The notes below the pieces were generated by a model. It saw only the letters and a list, made by a program, of their open reading frames with translations, was not told where the DNA came from and did no database searches. The position numbers were made by a program, and so were the translations under genes. Shown here in pieces: positions 1 to 9,590 of a stretch of DNA of 64,000 nucleotides (within the stretch, counting starts at the first letter, position 1; every line of letters starts with the position of its first letter). Origin of the DNA: Longimicrobiales bacterium (GTDB lineage Bacteria; Gemmatimonadota; Gemmatimonadetes; Longimicrobiales; Gaopeijiaceae); the NCBI GenBank assembly GCA_965238005.1, contig OZ250165.1, forward strand, positions 2,208,001 to 2,272,000, written 5' to 3'.

Positions 1-659
1 AACAACCATGCTCCCGCGATCAAGAACACGAGAGAGAACGCAGCCAACATCCGTATGTTTCCGCTCACCTCGGCGATGGGCCGCCCCGCGAACAAGCGGC
101 TCGTGGCCGTGGTCCCGTAGATGACCAACGGCACCACCAGAGGAAAGACGAGGACGGGAAGCAAGCTCTCTCCCATGGTGCTCCTCGTCGCCATGGCGCT
201 GAAGAGTGTGGTGAGCGCCACGAAGCCCAATACCCCCAAGCCGACCACCCCGGCCAGGACCATGGGGTTCCCGGTGAACGTCAGGTTGAAGAAGGCGCCG
301 AAGACGATGAACACGAGCCCGACGATGATCGCGAGCAGGATGAAGTTCGCCAGGACCTTGCCCAGATAGAGGGCGTCCAGCCGAATGGGGCTCTGGAGGA
401 GCCCCGCCAGGGCACCGTCTTCCTGCTCCAGCTGGAAGGTCCGCCCCAGGCCCAACATCCCCCCGAAGAGGATGGTCATCCATATCAGTCCGGCCGCGAT
501 GGCTTGAGGCCGGACCTGAGACGTATCGATGGCATAGTTGAAGAGGACGCCCACGAGCACGGCGAAAGCGCCCATGGCCGCCAGCCGCTCGTGGGTTCGC
601 ATCTCGATCATCAAATCCTTGCGGGCGATGGTCCAAACTAGGCGAAGGTAGTCAATCAT
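1..659 (-). CDS. ccmB: Heme exporter protein B (3' end beyond window)
   Basis: Manual translation from ATG 659: MIDYLRLVWTIARKDLMIEMRTHERLAAMGAFAVLVGVLFNYA; hydrophobic; ATGA overlap with ccmA stop. Confidence 0.9.
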   Translation of the reverse strand, partial: MIDYLRLVWTIARKDLMIEMRTHERLAAMGAFAVLVGVLFNYAIDTSQVRPQAIAAGLIWMTILFGGMLGLGRTFQLEQEDGALAGLLQSPIRLDALYLGKVLANFILLAIIVGLVFIVFGAFFNLTFTGNPMVLAGVVGLGVLGFVALTTLFSAMATRSTMGESLLPVLVFPLVVPLVIYGTTATSRLFAGRPIAEVSGNIRMLAAFSLVFLIAGAWL

Positions 660-1369
660 CCCGCAGCCTCGACAGTGGCCCGATAGAACCGTTCGAAGCC
701 GTCGGCGTCCCAGCTCCCCCGATCCTCGACGGCCACGAACCGGCCACGGAACTGGATGGCCACCCGGTCTGCGATCTCGAGACCCTGTCCGAGGTTGTGG
801 GTGACGAGGACGACGGTGCGTCGTCCATTCTTCAGCAAGGCGAGCTGATCGCGGAGGACCGCAGCAGCGTGGGCGTCGAGTCCCGTGTACGGCTCGTCCA
901 GTAGGACGACCTCCGGGTCGTGCAGGAGCGCCCGCGCCAACGCGACTCGTTGCTTGAAGCCCCGGGAGAGATCTCGAACGGGCGTCGACGCGCGCTCGGT
1001 CAACCCAGCCCTGGCAAGTCGCTCCGGAATACGGTCGTGAAGATCCTTCAGGCCGAAGAGACGTCCGAAGAAGTGTAGGTTCTCCTCGGCCGAGAGCCGA
1101 CCGTAGAGCAGGCTCTGATGAGAGACCACGCCCACCCGGCCACGCCACTCGCGCTCGGCGATGTCTGCGGGCTCACCCGCCACCCGCACGCGACCTGCCG
1201 TCGGCCTCAGCGTACCGGCGAGCATACGGAGCAGGGTGGTCTTTCCGGCTCCGTTGGGGCCGAAGACCGCAAGAAGCTCACCCGGGGCGAGCCGGAAGCT
1301 GACGCCGTCGACGGCCCGAAGGCCCCCGAAGGTGCGGACGAGTCCCTCGGCCTCCAGGCCAAAGCTCAA
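656..1369 (-). CDS. ccmA: Heme ABC exporter ATP-binding protein
   Basis: Walker A GPNGAGKTT, LSRGFKQR signature, LLDEPYTGLD; ccm context; TTG start at 1369 inferred. Confidence 0.9.
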   Translation of the reverse strand: MSFGLEAEGLVRTFGGLRAVDGVSFRLAPGELLAVFGPNGAGKTTLLRMLAGTLRPTAGRVRVAGEPADIAEREWRGRVGVVSHQSLLYGRLSAEENLHFFGRLFGLKDLHDRIPERLARAGLTERASTPVRDLSRGFKQRVALARALLHDPEVVLLDEPYTGLDAHAAAVLRDQLALLKNGRRTVVLVTHNLGQGLEIADRVAIQFRGRFVAVEDRGSWDADGFERFYRATVEAAG

Positions 1370-1373
1370 GGCC

Positions 1374-1817
1374 CTAGCCCGCGGTGGGGGTTTTGGGAGC
1401 CGCGGCCGCCAGGGGGCGACCACAACCCGCACAGAACCGGCTCCCTTCCACGTTCACGTGTCCGCACTCAGGGCACGTGCGCCCCTCGGCGAGACCGCGA
1501 CGTGCTCGGGAGACCTCCTCCTCCAGCGGGTCCACCTCGGAAAGAGCCGGATCGGCCTTCCCCTCCTCCATGGCCGCCAGGGCCTCTCGGGACATCTCCG
1601 CCTTGAGCGCCCGGTAGTCGTCTGCATCGAGCTTCCCCGACCGGTAGTCGTACTCCGCGTCACGGAGGCCCTTCAGGGCGACGCGCTTCCTGGCTTCGAC
1701 CTCGGTGGGCTCCTCGTCCGACCGTTGGAACGACGCCCACTCGCCTCGCAGGATGGGGATCAGCAGGAAAAGGATGACGCCAACGGTGAGCAGCGCCGCT
1801 CCGACGATGAGACCCAC
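1374..1817 (-). CDS. CcmI-like cytochrome c biogenesis protein with C-terminal zinc ribbon
   Basis: N-terminal TM helix, LRDAEYDYRSGKLDADDY motif, CPEC...CAGC; lies between ccmF and ccmA. Confidence 0.7.
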   Translation of the reverse strand: MGLIVGAALLTVGVILFLLIPILRGEWASFQRSDEEPTEVEARKRVALKGLRDAEYDYRSGKLDADDYRALKAEMSREALAAMEEGKADPALSEVDPLEEEVSRARRGLAEGRTCPECGHVNVEGSRFCAGCGRPLAAAAPKTPTAG

Positions 1818-1818
1818 A

Positions 1819-3867
1819 CTATGCCCCGACTGGGACGGCCGGCGCTCGCTCCTCCGAAGAGCGCCGCGGCGCAGGACTCACGGAGCCTTTGGAGGGCCAC
1901 ATGGCGATGAGGCTGCCCAGGGTGAGGATCAGTCCTCCATACCAGATCCAACCCACCAGGATGTTGACCTGCACCTCGAAGGTCGCCCTCTGGGCCGCGG
2001 CGTCGTTCTCGAACGCCCCACCCAGGTCCTCCACCCGCGCAAGGATCACGTAGAGATCCTCGAGGAAGGTCGACCGGATGCCCACCTCGGTCACCGGAGC
2101 CTGCCAGGTGACGTAGAGGCGCTTTTCCGTCGTGAGGGATCCCACGGGCACACCGTTCTTCTCGACCGTCATGAGTGCCACAGCCTGGCGGAGCATGTTC
2201 TGGCCCCGCGGCGACGAGAGTCCTTGATAGGTCAGCGTGTACTCGTGACCGAAAGCGGACTCGATGGTCACCGACTCACCCGGATCGAGTGTCTGCGTGA
2301 CCTCCCGGTCGAAGGCCGCGCCGGCGAAGGCCGTGAAGATCAACACCACTCCCACATGCACGATATACCCACCCCAGCGGCGCCGATTCCGGAGGACCAG
2401 ATGGACGAAGGCCGGTAGCAGGCCTTCCCCCTCGATGTAGGCTCGGGCCCGGGTGCCCTTCACGAACTCCACGACGATGATCGTCAACACGAAGGCGGAC
2501 AGGCCGAAGGTCAGGAGCGCCATCCACTGCCTCGCACCTCGCAGGTAGAGGCCGGCGACGACCACGATTCCGACCACCACGGGCCAGACGAAGTTCTTCG
2601 TGAGGTTGCGGCGCGATGCCTTTCGCCAGGCGATGACCGGGCCGATGCCCGTCAGGGCCAACAGAGCGATCCCGATGGGCAGGTTCACGCGGTTGAAGAA
2701 CGGCGGACCCACCGTGATCGCCTGTCCCGTGAGCCCCTCACTGATCAGGGGAAGGAGGGTGCCCCACATGATGGCGAAGGCGATCCCGAGGAATATCAGG
2801 TTGTTGAAGAGAAACGCCGCTTCCCGGGAGAGGAACGACTGGATCTGGTTCTCGCTCTTCAGGTCCGGATAGCGCCACGCGATCAACAGGACACAGATCC
2901 CGGTCACCACCCCGAGGAAGGTCAGGAAGATGAAGGCGATGGTCGTGTTCTCCGCGAACGTGTGCACAGATTCGATGAGACCCGAGCGGGTGAGGAACGT
3001 CGCGAAGATCGTGAGCAGGAACGTGAGGCTCACGAGGCCCATGTTCCACACCTTAAGCATCCCTCGATTCTCTTGAATCTGGATGGAGTGGAGGAAGGCG
3101 GTTGCGGTGAGCAACGGAAGCAGTGACGCGTTCTCCACCGGGTCCCAGAACCAGAATCCTCCCCACCCAAGCTCCTCGTATGCCCAGCGCATGCCGAAGA
3201 TGACGCCGTTCGCGAGGAAGAACCACGACAGCAGGATCCAACGCCGAGTGATGACGATCCACCGGGTGTCGAGCTTGCCGCTCAGAAGCGCGGCGATGGC
3301 GAACGCGAACGGCACCGTGAACGCCGTGAATCCCAAGTACAGGGTGGGTGGATGGATGGTCATCCAGTAGTTCTGCAGCTGGGGATTCAGCCCCCGTCCA
3401 TCCGCAGGTGTGAACGCCAGCCGCTCGAACGGATTCACGTCGGCGAACAACAGGACCACCAGGAAGAAGCTCGATACGGAGAGAAGGACCCCCACCACGT
3501 ACGGCATGAACTCCCGGTTCTTGTGGCGGTTCGTGAAGACGGCGATGGAGGAGAAGAGCGAGAGGAGAACGGCCCAGAATACCAGTGATCCCCTCTGCCC
3601 CGCCCACAGTCCGGACACCTTGAAGAAGGTGTCGAGCTCGCGGTTGGAGTAGTTGGCGACGTACCAGTACTCGAAGCTGTCGGTCAGGAAGGCGGCAATG
3701 ATCCCGGCCGAGACCAGCACCAGGAGGAAGAAGACCGCGTAGACGCTACGCTCTGCGCTGAGGACCAGGTCGCCGCGCTGTTTTCGCCCGCCTACGAACC
3801 CGAGGACCGCTCCCCAGATTGCGACCGGAAGGGCGATCCAGAGGGCGAACTCCCCGAGGATCGTCAC
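1819..3867 (-). CDS. ccmF: Cytochrome c heme lyase CcmF
   Basis: GLNPQLQNYWMTIHPP, WWD motif WAYEELGWGGFWFWDPVEN, TRSGLIESVH. Confidence 0.97.
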   Translation of the reverse strand: MTILGEFALWIALPVAIWGAVLGFVGGRKQRGDLVLSAERSVYAVFFLLVLVSAGIIAAFLTDSFEYWYVANYSNRELDTFFKVSGLWAGQRGSLVFWAVLLSLFSSIAVFTNRHKNREFMPYVVGVLLSVSSFFLVVLLFADVNPFERLAFTPADGRGLNPQLQNYWMTIHPPTLYLGFTAFTVPFAFAIAALLSGKLDTRWIVITRRWILLSWFFLANGVIFGMRWAYEELGWGGFWFWDPVENASLLPLLTATAFLHSIQIQENRGMLKVWNMGLVSLTFLLTIFATFLTRSGLIESVHTFAENTTIAFIFLTFLGVVTGICVLLIAWRYPDLKSENQIQSFLSREAAFLFNNLIFLGIAFAIMWGTLLPLISEGLTGQAITVGPPFFNRVNLPIGIALLALTGIGPVIAWRKASRRNLTKNFVWPVVVGIVVVAGLYLRGARQWMALLTFGLSAFVLTIIVVEFVKGTRARAYIEGEGLLPAFVHLVLRNRRRWGGYIVHVGVVLIFTAFAGAAFDREVTQTLDPGESVTIESAFGHEYTLTYQGLSSPRGQNMLRQAVALMTVEKNGVPVGSLTTEKRLYVTWQAPVTEVGIRSTFLEDLYVILARVEDLGGAFENDAAAQRATFEVQVNILVGWIWYGGLILTLGSLIAMWPSKGSVSPAPRRSSEERAPAVPVGA

Positions 3868-4292
3868 CCGGTGAGTTCCTCGGGTGTCGCCTCGTAACGG
3901 CTACCGCACTTGGTCAGAACCAGGGTGGCTTCGAAGACACCATCCTCCCGGAAACGCCCCTCCACGACCGCGTCGACCTGCTCGTGATCGTTGAAAGTAT
4001 CGGGCAGCATGTCCGCGTACTCGACGGGGAAGCTGACCGTCTCGTCTTGCAGGTCTACGACCCGGAAGCGATGCGGGCTCCCCTCTCGTGCCCGCTCCCA
4101 GGAGCCTGGCACGATGCGGCCACTCACCTTGACACCCACCTGGTGGAAGGTGGGGTCGTCTTTCACTCGAGCCAGAAGCTCCATGGGCGTGAGGTAGTAC
4201 AACATCGTCTGGCTCACACCCGTCCAGATGAGATAGGTGACCACCATGGCCACGCCCGCCAAACCCAAGAAGAATCTGCTGTTGTTTTTCAC
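3864..4292 (-). CDS. ccmE: Heme chaperone CcmE (CxxxY variant)
   Basis: TM anchor, YYLTP, LPDTF, VVEG, TKCGSRY; upstream of ccmF. Confidence 0.93.
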   Translation of the reverse strand: MKNNSRFFLGLAGVAMVVTYLIWTGVSQTMLYYLTPMELLARVKDDPTFHQVGVKVSGRIVPGSWERAREGSPHRFRVVDLQDETVSFPVEYADMLPDTFNDHEQVDAVVEGRFREDGVFEATLVLTKCGSRYEATPEELTG

Positions 4293-4537
4293 CTCAGGCC
4301 CCTTTGAGTGGGGTCGGCGGACTACCTCTACGGCTCCGCCAAATATAGGGCCCTCGTAAGGGCCGGCAAAGCTCCCACAACCCCAAGAACCCGCACTTTC
4401 GGGGCCCTTCCTACACCCATATAGAACTACCCACTACACAGAGGTTCCCTCCCCCCCCGGGGCGTTCTCTACAAGCTTCCCCGGCACGGGGGCCTCACTC
4501 GATGGCGCAAGCCCGGCCACGCAGCGTCCAGGCGGTG

Positions 4538-5053
4538 TCAGCCGGGGGCTCTCCGGCCCTCCGCCGCCTGTGCGAGAGCCCAGTCGGCAGCTTCCTCGGG
4601 ATCGGTCGGGTGGTGCAGGCCCAGCCCTTGGGCCGGCGGTGCCCCCAGGATCGCCACGGGAATCCCCATCTTCCGCGCCAGAGCGATCTCGGAGAGCGTT
4701 CCCCAGGAGCCACCCACCGCAACCACCGCCTCCGCCGCTCGGACGACCAGAGCGTTCCGGGCCTCCCCCATCCCCGTGGCCAGCGGCAAGGCGATCCAGG
4801 GGTTCGCCCGGGAGTCGTCGCGGCCGGGAAGGAGGCCCACTGTGGTTCCTCCCCCCTCCACACAGCCTCGGGCTGCCGCTTCCATGACGCCACCGAGGCC
4901 ACCACAGATGACCACGGCGCCGGCCTCCGCCAGTCGGGCCCCGAGCCTCCGGGCCCGCACGAGGTCCGCGTCGTCGGCGTTCCCGGTCCCGATGACGGCG
5001 ATCCGCAGTGGCCGCAGTGGCCGTTCCGCCGCCGCTCCTCCCTCGGAGGTCAC
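4538..5053 (-). CDS. LOG/TIGR00725-family Rossmann-fold nucleotide-binding protein
   Basis: C-terminal part of ORF 4538..6298: RIAVIG, CGGLGGVMEAA, TGMGEARN, GGSWGTLSEI; GTG overlaps glpK stop. Confidence 0.88.
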   Translation of the reverse strand: MTSEGGAAAERPLRPLRIAVIGTGNADDADLVRARRLGARLAEAGAVVICGGLGGVMEAAARGCVEGGGTTVGLLPGRDDSRANPWIALPLATGMGEARNALVVRAAEAVVAVGGSWGTLSEIALARKMGIPVAILGAPPAQGLGLHHPTDPEEAADWALAQAAEGRRAPG

Positions 5054-6558
5054 GAAGCGCCGCCGGAATCGCTCGCCCACGTCTTGACTGCCCGGACCGC
5101 CCGAGCCCAACCGTCGAGCAGATCGCCTCGCTCGGAGTCCAGCATGTTGGGATCGAACCGCTCGCCCTCGCCCTGGGAAACCAGAAACTCGTCGGCGGTG
5201 GACCAGACCCCCGTGGCCAGCCCGGCCAGGCCAGCCGCCCCGAGGGCGGTGGTCTCGACCATGGCCGGTCTCCGCACCGGGACGCCCAGGACACCCGCCT
5301 GGAAGCCCATGAGCCAGTCGTTGTTGGCGGCCCCGCCGTCCACGCGGAGCTCTGTCATCCGGACGGAACAGTCGGCCTCCATGGCGCCGATCACCTCTCG
5401 GGTCCCGTACGCCATGGCCTCCAACGCCGCCCGCACGAGGTGTTCTTTGGAGGTTCCCCGGGTGAGCCCGAACACGGCTCCTCGGGCTTCCGGCACCCAG
5501 TGGGGCGCGCCGAGGCCCACGAAAGCCGGTACGAAGTATACGTCGTCGTTGCCCTCGAGGTCGGACGCCATCCGCTCCGACTCGGCCGCGTGCTCGAGAA
5601 CCCCCAGTCCGTCCCGGAGCCATTGCACCGCTGCTCCCGCGATGAACACCGACCCTTCCAGTGCGAATGCGAGGCCGCCACGGGCATCGCACGCCGCGGT
5701 GGTCAGCAGTCCATGGGAGGACGGAACGATGTCCGTTCCAGTGTGCATGAGCAGAAAGGCCCCCGTGCCGTAAGTGTTCTTGGCCAGCCCCGCCGACCAG
5801 CATCCCTGCCCGAAGAGCGCCGCCTGCTGGTCCCCGACGACGCCGGCAACGGGCGCCTCGATCCCCAGGGCCTCCCCACGACCCACTCCGAAGTCGCCAC
5901 TGCTCGATCGTACCTCGGGGAGCAGGGACTCCGGCACGCCCAGGAGATCGAGAAGCCACGGGTCCCAAGACGCCTGGGACAGGTTGTAGAGGAGCGTTCG
6001 GGAAGCGTTCGTAGGGTCCGTGGCATGCACGTCGCCCTGGGTCAGACGAGCGATCAGCCACGTGTCGATGGTGCCCGCCGCCAGATCGCCCGCTTCCGCT
6101 CGAGCCAGCAGCTCGGGCCGCTCGCGGAGGAGCCACATGAGCTTGGTTCCCGAAAAGTAGGGATCCAGGACGAGGCCCGTTCGCCCCCTCACCTCCTCCT
6201 CGTGGCCCCCTTCCTTCAGCTCGGCGCACAGGTCGGCGGTTCTCCGGTCCTGCCACACGATGGCCCGGCATTCGGGCTCCAGGGTCTCCCGGTCCCACAG
6301 GACCACGGTCTCCCGCTGATTCGTGATTCCGATCCCCAGGACGTCCGCCTCCGTAGCGGACTCGAGGGCCTCCCGCGCCACGTCTCGAGTGACCTTCCAG
6401 ATCTCTCCCGCATCGTGCTCCACCCAGCCGGGCCGCGGGAAGTGCTGGGTGAACTCGGAGTAGGCCCGTCCCAGCACTCGACCGTCATGGGAGATGACCA
6501 GACAGGTCGAGCCGGTCGTCCCCTGATCGATGGCGAGGATGGAAGCGGTCTTGCTCAT
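5050..6558 (-). CDS. glpK: Glycerol kinase
   Basis: AIDQGTTGS, GITNQRET, DPYFSGTK, GDQQAALFGQ, KNTYGTG. Confidence 0.97.
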   Translation of the reverse strand: MSKTASILAIDQGTTGSTCLVISHDGRVLGRAYSEFTQHFPRPGWVEHDAGEIWKVTRDVAREALESATEADVLGIGITNQRETVVLWDRETLEPECRAIVWQDRRTADLCAELKEGGHEEEVRGRTGLVLDPYFSGTKLMWLLRERPELLARAEAGDLAAGTIDTWLIARLTQGDVHATDPTNASRTLLYNLSQASWDPWLLDLLGVPESLLPEVRSSSGDFGVGRGEALGIEAPVAGVVGDQQAALFGQGCWSAGLAKNTYGTGAFLLMHTGTDIVPSSHGLLTTAACDARGGLAFALEGSVFIAGAAVQWLRDGLGVLEHAAESERMASDLEGNDDVYFVPAFVGLGAPHWVPEARGAVFGLTRGTSKEHLVRAALEAMAYGTREVIGAMEADCSVRMTELRVDGGAANNDWLMGFQAGVLGVPVRRPAMVETTALGAAGLAGLATGVWSTADEFLVSQGEGERFDPNMLDSERGDLLDGWARAVRAVKTWASDSGGAS

Positions 6559-7166
6559 GGGTCGGCCGTGTGGAGAGAACCGAAAGAGTACTCCCAACCG
6601 CACTCCTCCAAGAGGCTCATGAGGAGGGAGATCGGGAGACCGACCACGGTATAGTAGTCGCCCCGGATTTCACTCACCAGCGCGGCGCCCAGTCCTTGAA
6701 TCCCGTACGCCCCAGCCTTGTCGAGAGGCTCACCGGTATCGACGTAGGCGCGGGCTACCTCGGGCCGGAACGAACGAAACAGCACCTCCGTAGTGGCCAC
6801 TCCGCTCAGCACTTCTCCGGACGGGAGCGCCAGTGCCAGGCCGCTGGCCACGGTGTGGGAGCGCCCGGCGAGACGGAGGAGCATATCTTCGGCATCCTCC
6901 GGGCCGGTGGGCTTTCCCAGGATCTCGTCGTCCAGCACGACGACGGTGTCTCCGCCCAAGACAGCCGCTTCGGGTCGCACCCGGGTCACCGCCAGAGCCT
7001 TCTCACGCGCCAGGCGCTCCACGTGCTCCTCGGGCGTCTCATCCGGCAGCACCTCCTCCAGAAGGTGTGCGGGCTCGACGGTGAAGGTCAGGCCGAGCAT
7101 GCGAAGGTACTCCTTGCGCCGGGGTGAGGCCGACGCCAGGACCAGAGGAGGAGGAGGACCGCTCAT
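6555..7166 (-). CDS. maf: Maf-family nucleoside triphosphate pyrophosphatase
   Basis: LVLASASPRR, DTVV, GKP, DKAGAYGIQG, VVGLP. Confidence 0.95.
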   Translation of the reverse strand: MSGPPPPLVLASASPRRKEYLRMLGLTFTVEPAHLLEEVLPDETPEEHVERLAREKALAVTRVRPEAAVLGGDTVVVLDDEILGKPTGPEDAEDMLLRLAGRSHTVASGLALALPSGEVLSGVATTEVLFRSFRPEVARAYVDTGEPLDKAGAYGIQGLGAALVSEIRGDYYTVVGLPISLLMSLLEECGWEYSFGSLHTADP

Positions 7167-7179
7167 CCCTCGAGACCGC

Positions 7180-7620
7180 TCATCTCTCGAGGACGAGCGT
7201 GACTGGCCCGTCGTTCACAAGGGACACGTCCATCATGGCGCCGAACTCGCCGGTCGCCACGCGTCCGGGCAGCCGGGCTTCCAGGATCTCGACGAATCTC
7301 TCGTAAAGCGGAATCGCGATCTCCGGCGGCGCCGCGTGGACGAAGCTGGGACGACGTGCCTTCCTGGTGTCGCCGTAGAGGGTGAACTGGCTCACCACCA
7401 GAAGGGAGCCACCCACGTCTTCCAGGTCGCGGTTCATCTTGCCCTCGTGGTCGTTGAACACCCGGAGCCCGACCACCTTGTCGGCCATCCACTGCACTAC
7501 TTCCGTCGAGTCACCCTCGGTGAATCCGACCAGGAGGAGATGCCCGATACCGATCTCGCCCACGACCCTTCCGTCCACAACCACCTGGGCTTCGCCCACC
7601 CGCTGCAACACCACTCTCAT
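7180..7620 (-). CDS. dtd: D-aminoacyl-tRNA deacylase
   Basis: [23 protein letters not shown]. Confidence 0.97.
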   Translation of the reverse strand: MRVVLQRVGEAQVVVDGRVVGEIGIGHLLLVGFTEGDSTEVVQWMADKVVGLRVFNDHEGKMNRDLEDVGGSLLVVSQFTLYGDTRKARRPSFVHAAPPEIAIPLYERFVEILEARLPGRVATGEFGAMMDVSLVNDGPVTLVLER

Positions 7621-7708
7621 GGGCGTGCGGTCACCTTTGGGGTCGACGCCATTCTCGAGGATGTCACCGGTGCCTCAGAGCGTCCACAGTCACAACCTGG
7701 GCCGGGAG

Positions 7709-9547
7709 TCACTCCACCGTGACGGACTTCGCCAGGTTCCGCGGCTGATCGACGTCGCAGTCGCGTTGGATGGCCGCGTGATAGGCCAGAAGCTGGAGGG
7801 GGATCGTGGTGAGCACGGGCAATAGGGACGGGACGGTCTGCGGGACCTGGATGAGGTGATCCACCTTGCCGATCAGCTCCGGAGCCTCGTCGCTCACAAC
7901 CGCGATGATCCGGCCGTTCCGCGCGCTCACCTCTTCGATGTTCGAGACCACCTTGCCGTACACCGCGTCTCTGGGAGCCAGGACCACCACCGGCATGTTC
8001 TCGTCGATGAGTGCGATGGGCCCGTGCTTCATCTCCGCCGCCGGATAGCCCTCGGCGTGGATGTAGCTCACCTCCTTGAGCTTGAGCGCCCCCTCCAGGG
8101 CCGCGGGGAATTGGTACCCCCGTCCCAGGTAGAGGAAGTTCTGGGCATGGGAGTAATCCGCCGCCAACTCCCTGATGAGGGGCTCCAGCTCCAGAGTCTC
8201 GGTCACCTGCTCCGGCAACCGCTGAAGGGCGGTCACCATCTCCCGACCCTGTACATTGGAGAGGTTCCGCCGGCGACCCAGGTAGAGCGTGAACAGCGCC
8301 AGGGCCACGATCTGGCTGGTGAACGCCTTGGTGGAGGCGACCCCGATCTCCGGGCCGGCGTGAAGGTAGATGCCGAAGTCGGTCTCACGGGCGATGGTGG
8401 AGCCGACCACGTTCACGATCCCCATGGTGGGCGCGCCCCTGCCCCGCGCCTCCCTGAGCGCGGCCAGCGTGTCGGCGGTCTCGCCGGACTGGCTGATGGC
8501 CAGGACGAGCGTCCCGGGCTCGATGACCGGGCTCCGGTAGCGGAACTCGGAAGCGTACTCCACCTCCACAGGGACCCCGGCCAGCTCCTCCAGCATGTAC
8601 TCGCCGATGAGGGCCGCATGCCAGCTCGTTCCGCAAGCCGTGATCACGATGCGTTTGACCCGAGAGATTTCCTCGTCCGTGAGCGTGATCCCGCCCAGCC
8701 GCGCGTCTCCCTCCTCTTCGAGGAGGCGGCCCCGCATGACGTCGCACACGCTCGTGGGCTGCTCGTAGATCTCCTTCAGCATGAAGTGATCGTACCCACC
8801 CTTTTCGACGGCTTCCAGATCCCATTCGACGCGGTGGATGGAGCGTCGGACCTCACCGAGCTCAAGGTGGAAGACGCGGTATCCGTCGCTCGTCAGCACG
8901 GCACAGTCACCGTCATCCAGATAGACGACATCCTTGGTGTGTTGGATCACCGCCGACGCGTCGGAGCCCGCCAGGTTCTCGCCGTTCTTGCCGATGCCCA
9001 CGAGAAGGGGACTGCCGTTCCGCGCGACCACGATCTTTCCCGGATCCCGACTGCTGATGACCGCGATTCCGTAGGCCCCCTCGACCTGATGGAGGGCGGC
9101 CACGACGGCGTCCTCCAGGGTCGGGTTCTCACGAAACGCCTCACCGATGAGATGCACCACGGCCTCGGAGTCGGTGTCGGTCTCGAACTCGTACCCCAGG
9201 TCGGTGAGCTTCCGGCGCAGGAGGTCTGCGTTCTCGACGATCCCGTTATGGACCATGGCGATGTCGCCAGCATGGCTCCAGTGGGGATGGGCGTTTTGTC
9301 GGTTGGGGGGGCCGTGGGTGGCCCAACGGGTGTGGGCGATGCCACAGGTTCCCGGCGGCATCTCAACCTCCAGGATACGCTCGAGCTCCCTGAGCTTCCC
9401 GGCCCGCTTCACCGTGCGCAGGCACCCGTCGGCTCCCAGGACCGCAAGGCCCGCCGAATCGTACCCGCGATACTCGAGGCGGCGCAGGCCCTCCACGAGG
9501 ATCGGCCCCGCTTCCTTGGAGCCCACGTATCCGACGATTCCGCACAT
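7709..9547 (-). CDS. glmS: Glutamine--fructose-6-phosphate transaminase
   Basis: N-terminal MCGIVG, LEYRGYDSAG, HTRWATHG, QPRNLAKSVTVE. Confidence 0.98.
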   Translation of the reverse strand: MCGIVGYVGSKEAGPILVEGLRRLEYRGYDSAGLAVLGADGCLRTVKRAGKLRELERILEVEMPPGTCGIAHTRWATHGPPNRQNAHPHWSHAGDIAMVHNGIVENADLLRRKLTDLGYEFETDTDSEAVVHLIGEAFRENPTLEDAVVAALHQVEGAYGIAVISSRDPGKIVVARNGSPLLVGIGKNGENLAGSDASAVIQHTKDVVYLDDGDCAVLTSDGYRVFHLELGEVRRSIHRVEWDLEAVEKGGYDHFMLKEIYEQPTSVCDVMRGRLLEEEGDARLGGITLTDEEISRVKRIVITACGTSWHAALIGEYMLEELAGVPVEVEYASEFRYRSPVIEPGTLVLAISQSGETADTLAALREARGRGAPTMGIVNVVGSTIARETDFGIYLHAGPEIGVASTKAFTSQIVALALFTLYLGRRRNLSNVQGREMVTALQRLPEQVTETLELEPLIRELAADYSHAQNFLYLGRGYQFPAALEGALKLKEVSYIHAEGYPAAEMKHGPIALIDENMPVVVLAPRDAVYGKVVSNIEEVSARNGRIIAVVSDEAPELIGKVDHLIQVPQTVPSLLPVLTTIPLQLLAYHAAIQRDCDVDQPRNLAKSVTVE

Positions 9548-9590
9548 GTCCGGCTTCCTTAGCAGCCTGCTGGAGATATGGAACGGACCA

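Noticed and set aside
1374..1500. CPECGH as a heme-binding motif
   Set aside because: It is CxxCGH paired with a second CxxC, i.e. a zinc ribbon rather than CxxCH
4293..4537. Intergenic region with small hairpins as tRNA or riboswitch (also 10977-11261)
   Set aside because: No cloverleaf, T-loop or riboswitch consensus recognisable by eye; an Rfam search would be needed
9548..9590. Possible glmS ribozyme upstream of glmS
   Set aside because: Gap is only about 43 nt and I see no ribozyme core
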